Assembly (NCBI GenBank): GCA_049673465.1
Contig: JBATXP010000481.1
Span: forward strand, 7,832-71,831
From: Litorimonas sp.
GTDB taxonomy: Bacteria; Pseudomonadota; Alphaproteobacteria; Caulobacterales; Maricaulaceae
Reading direction: 5' to 3'
Length of the DNA: 64,000 bases
Under the pieces are notes generated by a model that was not told the DNA's origin, did not search any database, and was given only the letters and a program-made list of their open reading frames with translations. Shown here piece after piece: positions 55,230-64,000 of this stretch. Position 1 is the stretch's first letter. Each line of letters opens with the position of its first letter. Position numbers and translations under genes: made by a program.

Positions 55230-58145
55230 ATGTTCAAGTCCACGACCGCCGCGCTCCTCATAGGTGCGTCCGCTTTCGCCCTCGCGGCCTGCAATCCCGG
55301 CACAACGACGGAAGCGACTGTCGATACGAGTGTCGAAGCGACTCCGAACAGCACGTCAGCCGAGACGAGTGCCGTTCCCGCACGGTTCGAATTGGTCGAG
55401 TCCTATGACGGCTCCGACGCCGAAGTCGCCATTCCGTTCGAGAAATACGTCCTCGATAACGGCCTGACCGTGGTGCTGCATGAGGACAATAGCGATCCGA
55501 TCGTGCACGTGGACGTGACCTACCATGTCGGTTCGGGGCGCGAGGAGATCGGTCGATCCGGCTTTGCGCACTTCTTCGAACACATGATGTTCCAGGGCTC
55601 CGAGAATGTCGCTGACGAACAGCATTTCAAGCTGATAACGGAGTCTGGCGGAACGCTGAACGGCACGACCAACTCCGACCGGACCAACTATTTCCAGACC
55701 GTGCCCAGCAATCAGCTGGAGCGGATGCTCTGGCTGGAAGCAGACCGGATGGGCTACTTCCTCGACGCGGTCACACAGGAGAAGTTCGAGGTCCAGCGCG
55801 ACACGGTCAAGAACGAACGCGGCCAACGGGTCGACAACCGTCCCTACGGCCTGCTCTGGGAACGGGTCGGCGAGGCCATGTATCCGGAAGGCCATCCTTA
55901 TAGCTGGTCCACCATTGGCTACCTGGAGGATCTCGACCGGGCCGACCTGGACGATCTGAAACGCTTCTTCCTGCGCTGGTACGGCCCGAACAATGCCACG
56001 CTGACGATCGGCGGGGACATCGACAAGGCCGAAACGCTGGCGATGGTGGAGAAGTATTTCGGTTCCATCCCCCGCGGTCCAGAGGTCGAAGCGCCCGAGA
56101 AGCCGCCCGTCGCGCTCGATTCGGACCGCTACATTTCGCTGGAAGACAATGTGCAGCTACCCCTGCTCTACATGGCGTGGCCCACGGTCCATGCCAGCCA
56201 TCCGGACGAAGCGCCGCTCGACGTCCTCCAGAATATCATGGGCGGGGGCCAGACGTCCCTGCTCTACAAGAATCTCGACAAGGAAGGGCTGACCGTTCAA
56301 TCCCAGGCCGGTCATGGATGCCGCGAACTGCATTGCCAGTTTACCCTCCTCGCCGTCGCAAATCCAGCTCGCGTGCAGAGCCTGTCGGAGCTGGAGCCGA
56401 TCATGCGCAACAGCTTTACCGAATTCGAGGAGCGTGGCGTTCAAGACGACGACTTGACCCGCGTGAAATCCTCGATCGTGTCCGGCCTGATCTACGGTCT
56501 GGAGTCGGTGTCGGGCAAGGTATCCCGCCTCGCCGCATACGAGACTTTTGGCGGTACGCCGAACGGTATCGCCAAGGATATCGAGCGCTATCAAAGCGTC
56601 ACCAAGGACGACGTGATGCGGGTCTACAATGAGTATATCAAGGACAAGCCCGCCGTTATCATGTCGATCGTGCCGCGCGGCGAGACCCAGATGGTCGCCG
56701 CCGAGGATACGTGGGACCGCTATGAGCGCACCATTCCGGAGCGCGCCGAGGAAGCCGATGTCGACTGGTCGCTGCCGGAAGACGACTTCGATCGCTCCGT
56801 CATCCCCTCGCCGGGAGCGAACCCCTCCATCAAGGCCCCGGACGTCTACGAAGGCGACGTCGCGGGCATTCCCCTACTTGGCGCTCTCAACTCTGAAACG
56901 CCGACGACCGTGATCCGCATCCGCATCAATGCCGGTCAGAAGGACGAGCCACTCGACAAGCTGGGGCTCGCCTCCCTGACCGCGCAGATGGTCCAGGAAG
57001 CGTCTACCGACATGACGGTCGAGGATCGCTCCAACGAACTCGACAAGCTCGGCTCCTCCGTGAGCGTTGGGGCCGGGGACGTCTACACCACCCTGACCAT
57101 CCGCAGCCTGACCGGAAACGTGGACGAGACCATCGCCATCGCCATGGATACGCTGCTCAACCCGGCCTTTCAGCAAGAGGATTTCGACCGTGTGAAGGCC
57201 AACCAGTTGCAAGGCATCGAAGCGAACAAGAAGGACCCGTCCTCGGTCGCGACGGCCGTGTTCAACAAGATGGCCTACGGGGTCGAAAACGCTTTCTCCC
57301 ATCCACAGTCCGGAACGGTCGAAACCGTCGAGACCATCACGATCGACGATGTGCGCGCCTTCTACGCAGCCTACATGTCGCCGCGTATAGCCAGCATCCT
57401 GGTCGTTTCCGACCTGTCGCAGGCTGAGATGGAGGAGGCGCTCGCGCCCCTTTCGGCCTGGGAAGGCGGAGAGGTCGAACTGGCATCCATGACGCCGTCC
57501 CTCTCGGCGGAACCCGGAACGCTCTATTTCGTGCATAAGCCGGATGCGCCGCAGTCGGAAATCCGCATCGGCAAACCGTCCCTGCCCTACTCCCCGACCG
57601 GCGAGTTCTACCGGGCGACCCTCATGAACTATCCGTTGGGCGGAGCCTTCAATTCACGCATCAATCTGAACTTGCGCGAGGAGAATGGCTATACATACGG
57701 CGCGCGCGGCAGCTTCATCGGCCAGCAGGACCGTGGCCAGTACCGCGCATCTTCGGCCGTCCGGGCCGACGTGACCCTGGAGTCCGTCGAAGAGTTCTTC
57801 AAGGAGATCGGCGAGTTCCACGAAAACGGGCCGACGGACGAAGAGATCGCCTTCACCAAGGCCGCCATCGGCCAGTCCGAAGCGCGTCAGTATGAAACGC
57901 CATTCCAGAAGCTCAACATTCTGTCCCGCATGGACACGTATGAAGTCGGAACGGACCATATCGAGGAGCAGAAGCGCATCCTCGAAGCCTTTACACGCGA
58001 AGACAGCGCGGCACTGGCAGCCGAACATCTGGATCTGGACGACATGTTCGTCGTCATCGTCGGCGACCGAGAGACGCAGATGGAGCGACTGGAGTCGCTT
58101 GGCCTACCGATCGTCGAGGTGGACGAGGACGGAAACCCGGTCTAG
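55230..58145 (+). CDS. M16-family (pitrilysin/insulinase-like) zinc peptidase, double-length, lipoprotein
   Basis: Inverted zinc motif HFFEHMMFQGS (HxxEH). Lipobox SAFALAAC. ATG 55230 is preceded by GAGAGG. 971 aa. Confidence 0.85.
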   Translation: MFKSTTAALLIGASAFALAACNPGTTTEATVDTSVEATPNSTSAETSAVPARFELVESYDGSDAEVAIPFEKYVLDNGLTVVLHEDNSDPIVHVDVTYHVGSGREEIGRSGFAHFFEHMMFQGSENVADEQHFKLITESGGTLNGTTNSDRTNYFQTVPSNQLERMLWLEADRMGYFLDAVTQEKFEVQRDTVKNERGQRVDNRPYGLLWERVGEAMYPEGHPYSWSTIGYLEDLDRADLDDLKRFFLRWYGPNNATLTIGGDIDKAETLAMVEKYFGSIPRGPEVEAPEKPPVALDSDRYISLEDNVQLPLLYMAWPTVHASHPDEAPLDVLQNIMGGGQTSLLYKNLDKEGLTVQSQAGHGCRELHCQFTLLAVANPARVQSLSELEPIMRNSFTEFEERGVQDDDLTRVKSSIVSGLIYGLESVSGKVSRLAAYETFGGTPNGIAKDIERYQSVTKDDVMRVYNEYIKDKPAVIMSIVPRGETQMVAAEDTWDRYERTIPERAEEADVDWSLPEDDFDRSVIPSPGANPSIKAPDVYEGDVAGIPLLGALNSETPTTVIRIRINAGQKDEPLDKLGLASLTAQMVQEASTDMTVEDRSNELDKLGSSVSVGAGDVYTTLTIRSLTGNVDETIAIAMDTLLNPAFQQEDFDRVKANQLQGIEANKKDPSSVATAVFNKMAYGVENAFSHPQSGTVETVETITIDDVRAFYAAYMSPRIASILVVSDLSQAEMEEALAPLSAWEGGEVELASMTPSLSAEPGTLYFVHKPDAPQSEIRIGKPSLPYSPTGEFYRATLMNYPLGGAFNSRINLNLREENGYTYGARGSFIGQQDRGQYRASSAVRADVTLESVEEFFKEIGEFHENGPTDEEIAFTKAAIGQSEARQYETPFQKLNILSRMDTYEVGTDHIEEQKRILEAFTREDSAALAAEHLDLDDMFVVIVGDRETQMERLESLGLPIVEVDEDGNPV

Positions 58146-58165
58146 CAACCGCCTGCGTCCAAATG

Positions 58166-58196
58166 AAAAGGGCCGCCCCTTTGGGCGGCCCTTTTT
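58166..58196. terminator. Bidirectional intrinsic terminator between the M16 peptidase gene and asd
   Basis: Perfect 13-bp stem AAAAGGGCCGCCC / GGGCGGCCCTTTT with a 4-nt loop. A/T runs on both sides provide U tracts for either strand. Confidence 0.85.
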
Positions 58197-58213
58197 CTTG
58201 CCGTAGAGGCGGG

Positions 58214-59236
58214 TCAGTCGAGCAGTTTGCGGTGGACCAACAGTTCCGCGATCTGGACCGCATTGAGGGCCGCGCCCTTGCGCAGATTGTCGGACACGAC
58301 CCAGAGATCGAGCGTATTGTCCTGCGTGCTATCCTCCCGGATGCGGGATACGAAGGTCGCGAACTCGCCCACGCACTCGATCGGCGTGATATAGTTCGCA
58401 TCCTCGCCATCCGGCTGGTCGATCACCATGAGGCCCGGACTTTCGCGCAATAGCGCGCGGGCATCGTCGGCGGACAGCTCGGATTCGAGCTCCACATTGA
58501 TCGCCTCGGCATGTCCGACGAAGGTCGGCACGCGGACGCAGGTCGCGGCGACCTTAATCTTGGAATCCAAGATCTTCATCGTCTCGACCTTCATCTTCCA
58601 CTCTTCCTTTGTGTAGCCATCCTCCATGAACACATCGATCTGCGGAATGACGTTGAAGGCGATCTGCTTGGGAAAGTTGATGGCCGGCAGATCCTGGTTG
58701 GAATAGATGCCCTTGGTCTGCAGCCAGAGCTCGTCCATCGCCTTCTTCCCGGCTCCGGACACGGACTGGTAGGTCGAGACGACGACGCGCTTGACGCCGG
58801 CACGGTCGTGCAGCGGCTTCAGCGCGACAACCATCTGGATCGTCGAGCAGTTCGGGTTGGCGATGATATTCTTCTTGCGAAAGCCCGCCACCGCGTCGGC
58901 GTTTACTTCCGGCACGACAAGAGGCACGTCCGGGTCCATCCGGAAGGCGGAGCTGTTGTCGATGACAACGGCACCGGCCGCTGCGATCTTGGGCGACCAG
59001 TCCTTGGACACGGAACCGCCTGCGCTCATCAGCACGATATCGACCTTGGAAAAATCGAACTGCTCGATGTCCTGACATTTCAGCGTCCGGTCGCCGAAAC
59101 TGACCTCACGACCCAGGGATCGGCGTGAGGCGACGGCATACACCTCGCCCGCTTCGATGTCGGACTCCGACAGGATTTCGAGCATTTCCGTGCCGACATT
59201 GCCGGTCGCACCGACGATCGCGAAGTTGGTCGCCAT
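58214..59236 (-). CDS. asd: Aspartate-semialdehyde dehydrogenase
   Basis: FAIVGATGNVGTEML N-terminus and active-site NPNCST. 340 aa. Confidence 0.92.
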   Translation of the reverse strand: MATNFAIVGATGNVGTEMLEILSESDIEAGEVYAVASRRSLGREVSFGDRTLKCQDIEQFDFSKVDIVLMSAGGSVSKDWSPKIAAAGAVVIDNSSAFRMDPDVPLVVPEVNADAVAGFRKKNIIANPNCSTIQMVVALKPLHDRAGVKRVVVSTYQSVSGAGKKAMDELWLQTKGIYSNQDLPAINFPKQIAFNVIPQIDVFMEDGYTKEEWKMKVETMKILDSKIKVAATCVRVPTFVGHAEAINVELESELSADDARALLRESPGLMVIDQPDGEDANYITPIECVGEFATFVSRIREDSTQDNTLDLWVVSDNLRKGAALNAVQIAELLVHRKLLD

Positions 59237-59311
59237 GACACTATCCTATGAAAAGAAGGTGCGCCGCATAGAGGGGACGCCCGCAAAGTTCAACCGCGTG
59301 GGCCGAGTGGA

Positions 59312-59620
59312 TCAACGACGCTTGATGCGTCTCCACATGAACACGCCTATGATGGCCACGACGACCAACCCGCCGATTTGCAGCCCTGTCAGTCCGAGAA
59401 AGGTCGTCCGTGTCAGTTCTCCGCCTACGCCGCCTATATCGGGCGTCATGCCAGAGCTGCCGATCATGGCGAGACCGAGCACGACGAGCACGCAGGCCCC
59501 GATGACGCCGAATATGGAATTGTAGAAACGCTGGTCCGCCCGGCGTTGCGCTTCGCGGCGCTCCTGCGCGCGCGTGTAGCGGCTGACGCGGTTCCGGTTT
59601 CGGGTTTTGTGCTCGTTCAT
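59312..59620 (-). CDS. Hypothetical small membrane protein (basic N-terminus, two TM segments)
   Basis: 102 aa: Arg-rich N-terminus, then IFGVIGACVLVVLGLAMIG and LQIGGLVVVAIIGVFMW. No recognisable family. Confidence 0.45.
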   Translation of the reverse strand: MNEHKTRNRNRVSRYTRAQERREAQRRADQRFYNSIFGVIGACVLVVLGLAMIGSSGMTPDIGGVGGELTRTTFLGLTGLQIGGLVVVAIIGVFMWRRIKRR

Positions 59621-59669
59621 ATCTGTGTCTTAACATGGCAACGCCGGAGCGTCATGATAAGGCTTGACC

Positions 59670-60116
59670 ATGAAACTGTTGCAGTGCCTCTGTTTCCTGT
59701 CCATCGCCGCTTTGCCACTGACGGCGGCGTCGCAGCCATCTGACGATCCATACGGCGCGCCCGACCCCGCAATCGACCTGCCGCTTGAGGGCGAAGCGCT
59801 GACGGAAATCTTCATCGACCGAACCCATCGCGGCTACTACGAGGTCGGCGATTGGGACGATGCAGACCCGGCCTTCAGCGAGGTCATGAACGCCGACGGC
59901 ACGACGCTGCATGTGCGGGACGGCATTAGCTCCGCGGGACGATGGCAGACGCGGAGCAACGTCGTCTGCTTCACCTATGACGATCTCAGCGGGGGATGTT
60001 TCAACATCTACCAGCGCGGCAACTGCTATTATGCGCTTTCGGCTTACGACAAGGCTCTGGTCGCCATCACCGTGATGGATGGGGACACGCCGGATTGCGA
60101 GCCCTCCTATGCGTAA
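59670..60116 (+). CDS. Secreted four-cysteine protein, paralogue 1
   Basis: Signal peptide MKLLQCLCFLSIAALPLTAA. Shares DxPLxGEELxxxFxDxTHxGxY, VxCFxYD, CFNI[YF][QK]RGNC[YF]Y and G[DE]TPDCEPS blocks with the next ORF. Confidence 0.55.
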   Translation: MKLLQCLCFLSIAALPLTAASQPSDDPYGAPDPAIDLPLEGEALTEIFIDRTHRGYYEVGDWDDADPAFSEVMNADGTTLHVRDGISSAGRWQTRSNVVCFTYDDLSGGCFNIYQRGNCYYALSAYDKALVAITVMDGDTPDCEPSYA

Positions 60117-60588
60117 GCTCTACTTCTATACATCATTGTTTTTGCTAATATCTTGCCCTGCGCTGGCGCAAACCGACGCACCGTTGGATCGAAGCTTCAT
60201 GCCCAACCCGGATCAGGACATCCCTTTGGGTGAAGAGGAGTTGCTGGACGCGTTCTCCGACAAGACCCATACCGGCACCTACACGTTCGAGCGGAAAAAT
60301 ATCGATACGTTCGCTTTCCGGGAGACCACGACATCCGATGGTCGGACGGAGCATCGTCACGGCGACAAGCTGGACACGGGAATCTGGCGCGTACGGGAAA
60401 ACGTCATCTGCTTCGTCTACGACAATTGGGACGGACAGGTTCATCGAGCCTGCTTCAACATCTTCAAGCGCGGCAACTGTTTCTACCATTATGGCCTGCA
60501 CTATGGTGCGGGCGGCTTGCAGGGGAACTTCACCGCCAGAAGCGTACACGAAGGCGAGACGCCGGACTGCGAACCCTCCATGGTCTAG
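60109..60588 (+). CDS. Secreted four-cysteine protein, paralogue 2
   Basis: ATG 60109 overlaps the paralogue-1 stop by 8 nt. Signal peptide MRKLYFYTSLFLLISCPALA. Same conserved blocks as paralogue 1. Confidence 0.55.
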   Translation: MRKLYFYTSLFLLISCPALAQTDAPLDRSFMPNPDQDIPLGEEELLDAFSDKTHTGTYTFERKNIDTFAFRETTTSDGRTEHRHGDKLDTGIWRVRENVICFVYDNWDGQVHRACFNIFKRGNCFYHYGLHYGAGGLQGNFTARSVHEGETPDCEPSMV

Positions 60589-60633
60589 CGGCTATCGCTT
60601 GCGGCCATACGAGCGACATGGTTAGCCCCTCTC

Positions 60634-61659
60634 ATGCGCCTCGACTCGTCCACGATCGGAACCGGTACGCGACCGCCGCTCGGACTGGCCTTGGGCGGTG
60701 GCGTGGCGCGGGGCTGGGCGCATATCGGCGCGCTCAAGGCGCTGATCGAAGCCGGTATCGAACCGGACATCGTCGCGGGGACATCGATCGGATCCGTCGT
60801 CGGCGCGGCCTATCTGGCAGGACGGCTCGACACGCTGGAGCGATGGGCGCGGTCGCTCGACCGGCGCCGGGTCATCCATTATATGGATCTATCCTGGGGC
60901 GGGTCGGGCTTGATGAAGGGCGCGCGTCTGGTCAAGGTGCTCGAAAGCTATCTTAAGGATGTTCGGATCGAGGATTTCGACCGGCGTTTCGCCGCCGTGG
61001 CCTGCGATCTGCGGACGGGCTATGAGGTCTGGCTGCAACAGGGACCTGTGATCCCGGCGATCCGCGCCTCCTACGCCCTGCCGGGTGCCTTCGAGCCGGT
61101 CAAAGTCGACAATCGCTACATGATCGACGGCGCGCTGGTGAACCCCGTCCCTGTCTCCGCCTGTCGAGCCTTGGGGGCGCACATGGTGATCGCCGTGTCC
61201 CTAAATGGCGATGCCTTCGGCCCGCTTGGGTCCAGCCACGAGGTAGACTTCGAAACCGAAGAACCGTTCGAGCACGATGCCTCCGAACTCGCCATTATGG
61301 CGCATCAGTCGATCAACAAGATCCGGCCCGACCGCATTCTTCTGCGGTCTCTGCTGGGTGGCACGAAGCGGGGGAAGTCTCCACGGATCGGTTCGGTCAT
61401 GATGGGGACGCTCAACATCGTCATGGACCGGTTGTCCCGTTCACGACTTGCAGGCGACCCGCCCGACGTGTTCGTGGCCCCGCGCATCGGCCATATCGGC
61501 ATGTTGGAGTTTACCCGGGCGGACGAGCTGATCGAGCGCGGCTACCGCGCCATGCAGCATGAGATCCCGCTTATCCGCTCGGTCATCGACATTCTAGGCG
61601 ACATGCCCAGCGCCGCCAGTCCGGACATGCCCAAAGGGCGAGGTTCGGAAGACGAGTAG
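60634..61659 (+). CDS. Patatin-like phospholipase (RssA-type)
   Basis: Oxyanion GGGVARG and nucleophile elbow GTSIGS, with a DGA(L) catalytic Asp motif later (IDGALVNP). Confidence 0.85.
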   Translation: MRLDSSTIGTGTRPPLGLALGGGVARGWAHIGALKALIEAGIEPDIVAGTSIGSVVGAAYLAGRLDTLERWARSLDRRRVIHYMDLSWGGSGLMKGARLVKVLESYLKDVRIEDFDRRFAAVACDLRTGYEVWLQQGPVIPAIRASYALPGAFEPVKVDNRYMIDGALVNPVPVSACRALGAHMVIAVSLNGDAFGPLGSSHEVDFETEEPFEHDASELAIMAHQSINKIRPDRILLRSLLGGTKRGKSPRIGSVMMGTLNIVMDRLSRSRLAGDPPDVFVAPRIGHIGMLEFTRADELIERGYRAMQHEIPLIRSVIDILGDMPSAASPDMPKGRGSEDE

Positions 61660-61689
61660 GCGAACCCGCCCGACGCTTTCGCGTGTTCG

Positions 61690-63045
61690 GTGTCAGGAGG
61701 CGACCCAAAGACGCGACTCGCTTATCAGCGGTTCATGGCCGCATCCGCCTTGCTTCCCGTCGCGAACGACAATGCCGAGTCCATCCGGATCATGGCAAAC
61801 GTCGGGCCACGCCGTCCGCGCATTCGTGTCGCTGACGAGACGCATGAAGACGGGATTGCGGAGAACGAACGCTGGGCGACGGAGCGCCTGCCCTACATCG
61901 TCTTTTTCTGCGTCGCGACGACCTTTGCCGTACTGGCCTTTGGGCGGCTTGGTTCACCTTTGGAGCGGGGCGCGCTGTGCGGCCTCAGCGCTCTAAGTGC
62001 CATCTGCCTATTCAACGTCTTGCCCCGCGACCGATCCATCCTGCGCATGGCGCTCAGTCTGAGCGCGGCTTTGTTCGCTAGTCTCGCTCTGGCCTTTGTC
62101 GTGTCGGGAATGAATTTCTGGCCTGTGGAAACCGGGCCCATGCTGATGGCCGCGACCTTCCTGTTCGTCGCCATTGTGACCCAATCGAGGCTCTGCGTCC
62201 TCGGGGCTTTCCTACTGGTGGGCTGGCAAGTTCACATGTCCCTGTCGCAGACCGGTCTAATTTCGAACGAGGCGTTGTTCGCACAAGGACTGATTGGAGT
62301 AGCCTTTCTATTCGCCTTGCATCGAAGATGGCCTGTGGTGGCGAGCTTGGCAGTATCGTGCTTTCTCGGTCTGGCGCTGGTTCAGCTTGCCGCCATGAAC
62401 CTTTCCCCCTCACAGACTTTCATGTCCGTCACCATATTGGCGGCCGCCCTCGCGCTCTTCTGCCGAACGGTGATGCATGTCGGTGACGCTCGATCACTGA
62501 TACCCTTTGCTACAGCCCTCACGGCTGCGGGTCTGGCCGCTTTGGCCCTTCAACTCGCCGCCGGTCCGGAGAGCGAAGTTTTTCGGCAAAGTTCTGCAGC
62601 GCAGCTCGTCATCGCTATCCTCGTCGGTGCGCAGCTCGTCGCCCTCATATGCGCCATCACTTCGTGGAAACTGGGTAGAATGGACGGCATCGGCGTGATC
62701 ACGCAGCAAGCCGCCTTCGCGGGTCTCCTGACGACACTGATCCATCCCGATTGGCCGCAGACGCTCCTGAGCATCGAGCCGAGCGTCGGCCGCTCTCTGA
62801 TGGTGGGCAGCGTGGTGCTGTCGGTCGGCCTCGCGGCTCTGTTCAAGGCATGGAGCGAGGACTGCCCAATCCTGACGAGCGTGGCAGGCTTCTTCGTGGT
62901 CTTTCAGCTAATCGTGAGTGTCAGGATGCTCTCCCCCAGCTTCGATCTCGGGCTGACGGGTCTTGTCTGCGCAGCCGGGATTCTCGTGATCGCTCTCATC
63001 ATGGCGGTCGCACCCAGAAAAGCGCGCTCTCGCTCGCTCTCCTGA
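61690..63045 (+). CDS. Hypothetical polytopic membrane protein (about 10-12 TM segments)
   Basis: GTG start. A ~75-aa cytoplasmic N-terminus followed by continuous hydrophobic segments. No motif I recognise. Confidence 0.5.
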   Translation: MSGGDPKTRLAYQRFMAASALLPVANDNAESIRIMANVGPRRPRIRVADETHEDGIAENERWATERLPYIVFFCVATTFAVLAFGRLGSPLERGALCGLSALSAICLFNVLPRDRSILRMALSLSAALFASLALAFVVSGMNFWPVETGPMLMAATFLFVAIVTQSRLCVLGAFLLVGWQVHMSLSQTGLISNEALFAQGLIGVAFLFALHRRWPVVASLAVSCFLGLALVQLAAMNLSPSQTFMSVTILAAALALFCRTVMHVGDARSLIPFATALTAAGLAALALQLAAGPESEVFRQSSAAQLVIAILVGAQLVALICAITSWKLGRMDGIGVITQQAAFAGLLTTLIHPDWPQTLLSIEPSVGRSLMVGSVVLSVGLAALFKAWSEDCPILTSVAGFFVVFQLIVSVRMLSPSFDLGLTGLVCAAGILVIALIMAVAPRKARSRSLS

Positions 63046-63082
63046 CTTGTCCGCAGCTCCGGGCCTCGCCTATAGGCGCAGG

Positions 63083-63595
63083 ATGGAGGGCCACCGCACT
63101 GCACAGACCGAAAATGCGTGGTACGTCTCCGTCGACGGTCAAACCTACGGTCCCTTCGACGACACAGCTCTCTGGTCCTTCGTTCGGGAAGGTCGCGTCA
63201 CGGCACAGTCCAACGTGTCCCGCACGCCTACCGGTCCCTTCGCGCCTGCCTTGTCGCGCGCGGAAATCGCACACTGGTTCGGCGCTCGGCGGGTTGCGGC
63301 ACCGGTCGCACCGCCGAGCCTGCTTCTCGTGATGGCGGATCTTCGGTCCAGCCAGTCCATCGCCTTTTTGCAGACCCTTCAAGCCATGGGTACGGTTGAA
63401 CGGGTGGGCGAAGCAGTATGGCTGTTGCAGACCCGCGACGGGGTGGAGCACGCGCGCTCCGTCCTCGTCCCGACCCTATCCGCGATCGACGGACTCGTGA
63501 TCTTGGACGCGACTCAGGCGGACATCGCCACGGCCAATCTCGGTGACGCGGCAGTGGCTCGCATCGACGCCATGAAGGCGGCGGTCAGTCTCTAA
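63083..63595 (+). CDS. GYF_2 (DUF4339)-domain protein
   Basis: WYVSVDGQTYGPFDDTALWSFVREGRV matches the bacterial GYF-like domain. The C-terminal ~110 aa are unassigned. The start could also be 63047. Confidence 0.55.
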   Translation: MEGHRTAQTENAWYVSVDGQTYGPFDDTALWSFVREGRVTAQSNVSRTPTGPFAPALSRAEIAHWFGARRVAAPVAPPSLLLVMADLRSSQSIAFLQTLQAMGTVERVGEAVWLLQTRDGVEHARSVLVPTLSAIDGLVILDATQADIATANLGDAAVARIDAMKAAVSL

Positions 63596-64000
63596 TCGAG
63601 ACGGCGAAGACCGGCGGAAAACCGTTTGGCATTCGACACGTAGACCTGAGCGTTCATCTTCAGCATGGCCGCCTCTCGCTCGCCCAACGTCTTCATCACC
63701 TTGCCGGGAGCGCCGACGACGAGACTGTTGGGAGGAATGATCTTGTTCTCGGTCACGAGGGCATGAGCGCCGATGATGCAGCCCTCCCCGATCTGTGCGC
63801 CGTTCAGAATGGTCGCGCCGATCCCGACCAAGCTTCCATTGCCGATCGTGCAGCCATGCAACATGGCTTGATGTCCGATGATCACGTCCTCGCCGATCGT
63901 GAGGGGCTGGCCCGGATCGGAGTGCAGCACGGCATTGTCCTGCACGTTGGAGCGCGCGCCGAGACGGATCGGTTCGTTGTCGCCACGCATCACGGCCCCG
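63592..64000 (-). CDS. Gamma-carbonic-anhydrase-like / hexapeptide-repeat (LbH) protein, N-terminus beyond the right edge
   Basis: MRGD...IRLGARSNVQDNAVLH...IGHQAMLHGCTIG...IGAHALV left-handed beta-helix repeats. The frame stays open upstream of the ATG at 63993 (..GAVMRGD), so the gene is truncated by the window. Confidence 0.8.
   Translation of the reverse strand, partial: GAVMRGDNEPIRLGARSNVQDNAVLHSDPGQPLTIGEDVIIGHQAMLHGCTIGNGSLVGIGATILNGAQIGEGCIIGAHALVTENKIIPPNSLVVGAPGKVMKTLGEREAAMLKMNAQVYVSNAKRFSAGLRRLD

Overview
High-GC (roughly 60-65% by eye), very compact chromosomal window that looks like alphaproteobacterial core genome. Supporting markers: C4-pathway 5-aminolevulinate synthase, the cysI-DUF2849-cysG operon, mfd-sdhE-recG synteny, plsX-fabH-ihfA-merR-tRNAPro synteny, and a PleD/PopA-type regulator. 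I can support about 60 protein genes, 4 tRNAs (Arg-UCU, Pro-UGG, Glu-UUC, Pro-GGG), a few intrinsic terminators and some candidate operators. Many genes are linked by ATGA/GTGA start-stop overlaps, and several convergent pairs share a 4-bp CTAG/TTAG stop junction. Most long ORFs in the supplied track that lie antisense to recognisable genes are high-GC artefacts. One real gene, a 5' partial sulfite reductase at the left edge, is missing from the track because it has no stop inside the window. I see no IS element, integrase, CRISPR array, prophage or obvious defence operon, and no intergenic gap is large enough to hide a multi-gene system. I therefore cannot claim a clear novel system. The best leads are: (1) a 270-bp MITE-like palindromic element sitting exactly between the stop codons of recG and a DUF502 gene; (2) a 386-bp intergenic region between glyA and nrdR, partly AT-rich, packed with CGCAC/GTGCG hairpins; (3) a low-GC orphan HerA-like ATPase plus an NDUFS4-like gene bracketed by tRNA genes; (4) a PopA-like REC-pseudoREC-degenerate GGDEF protein; (5) a terminator-like hairpin inside the probable rplM leader; (6) tandem paralogous secreted four-cysteine proteins beside a patatin / polytopic membrane / GYF-domain cluster. 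All family calls come from motif recognition by eye, not from database searches.
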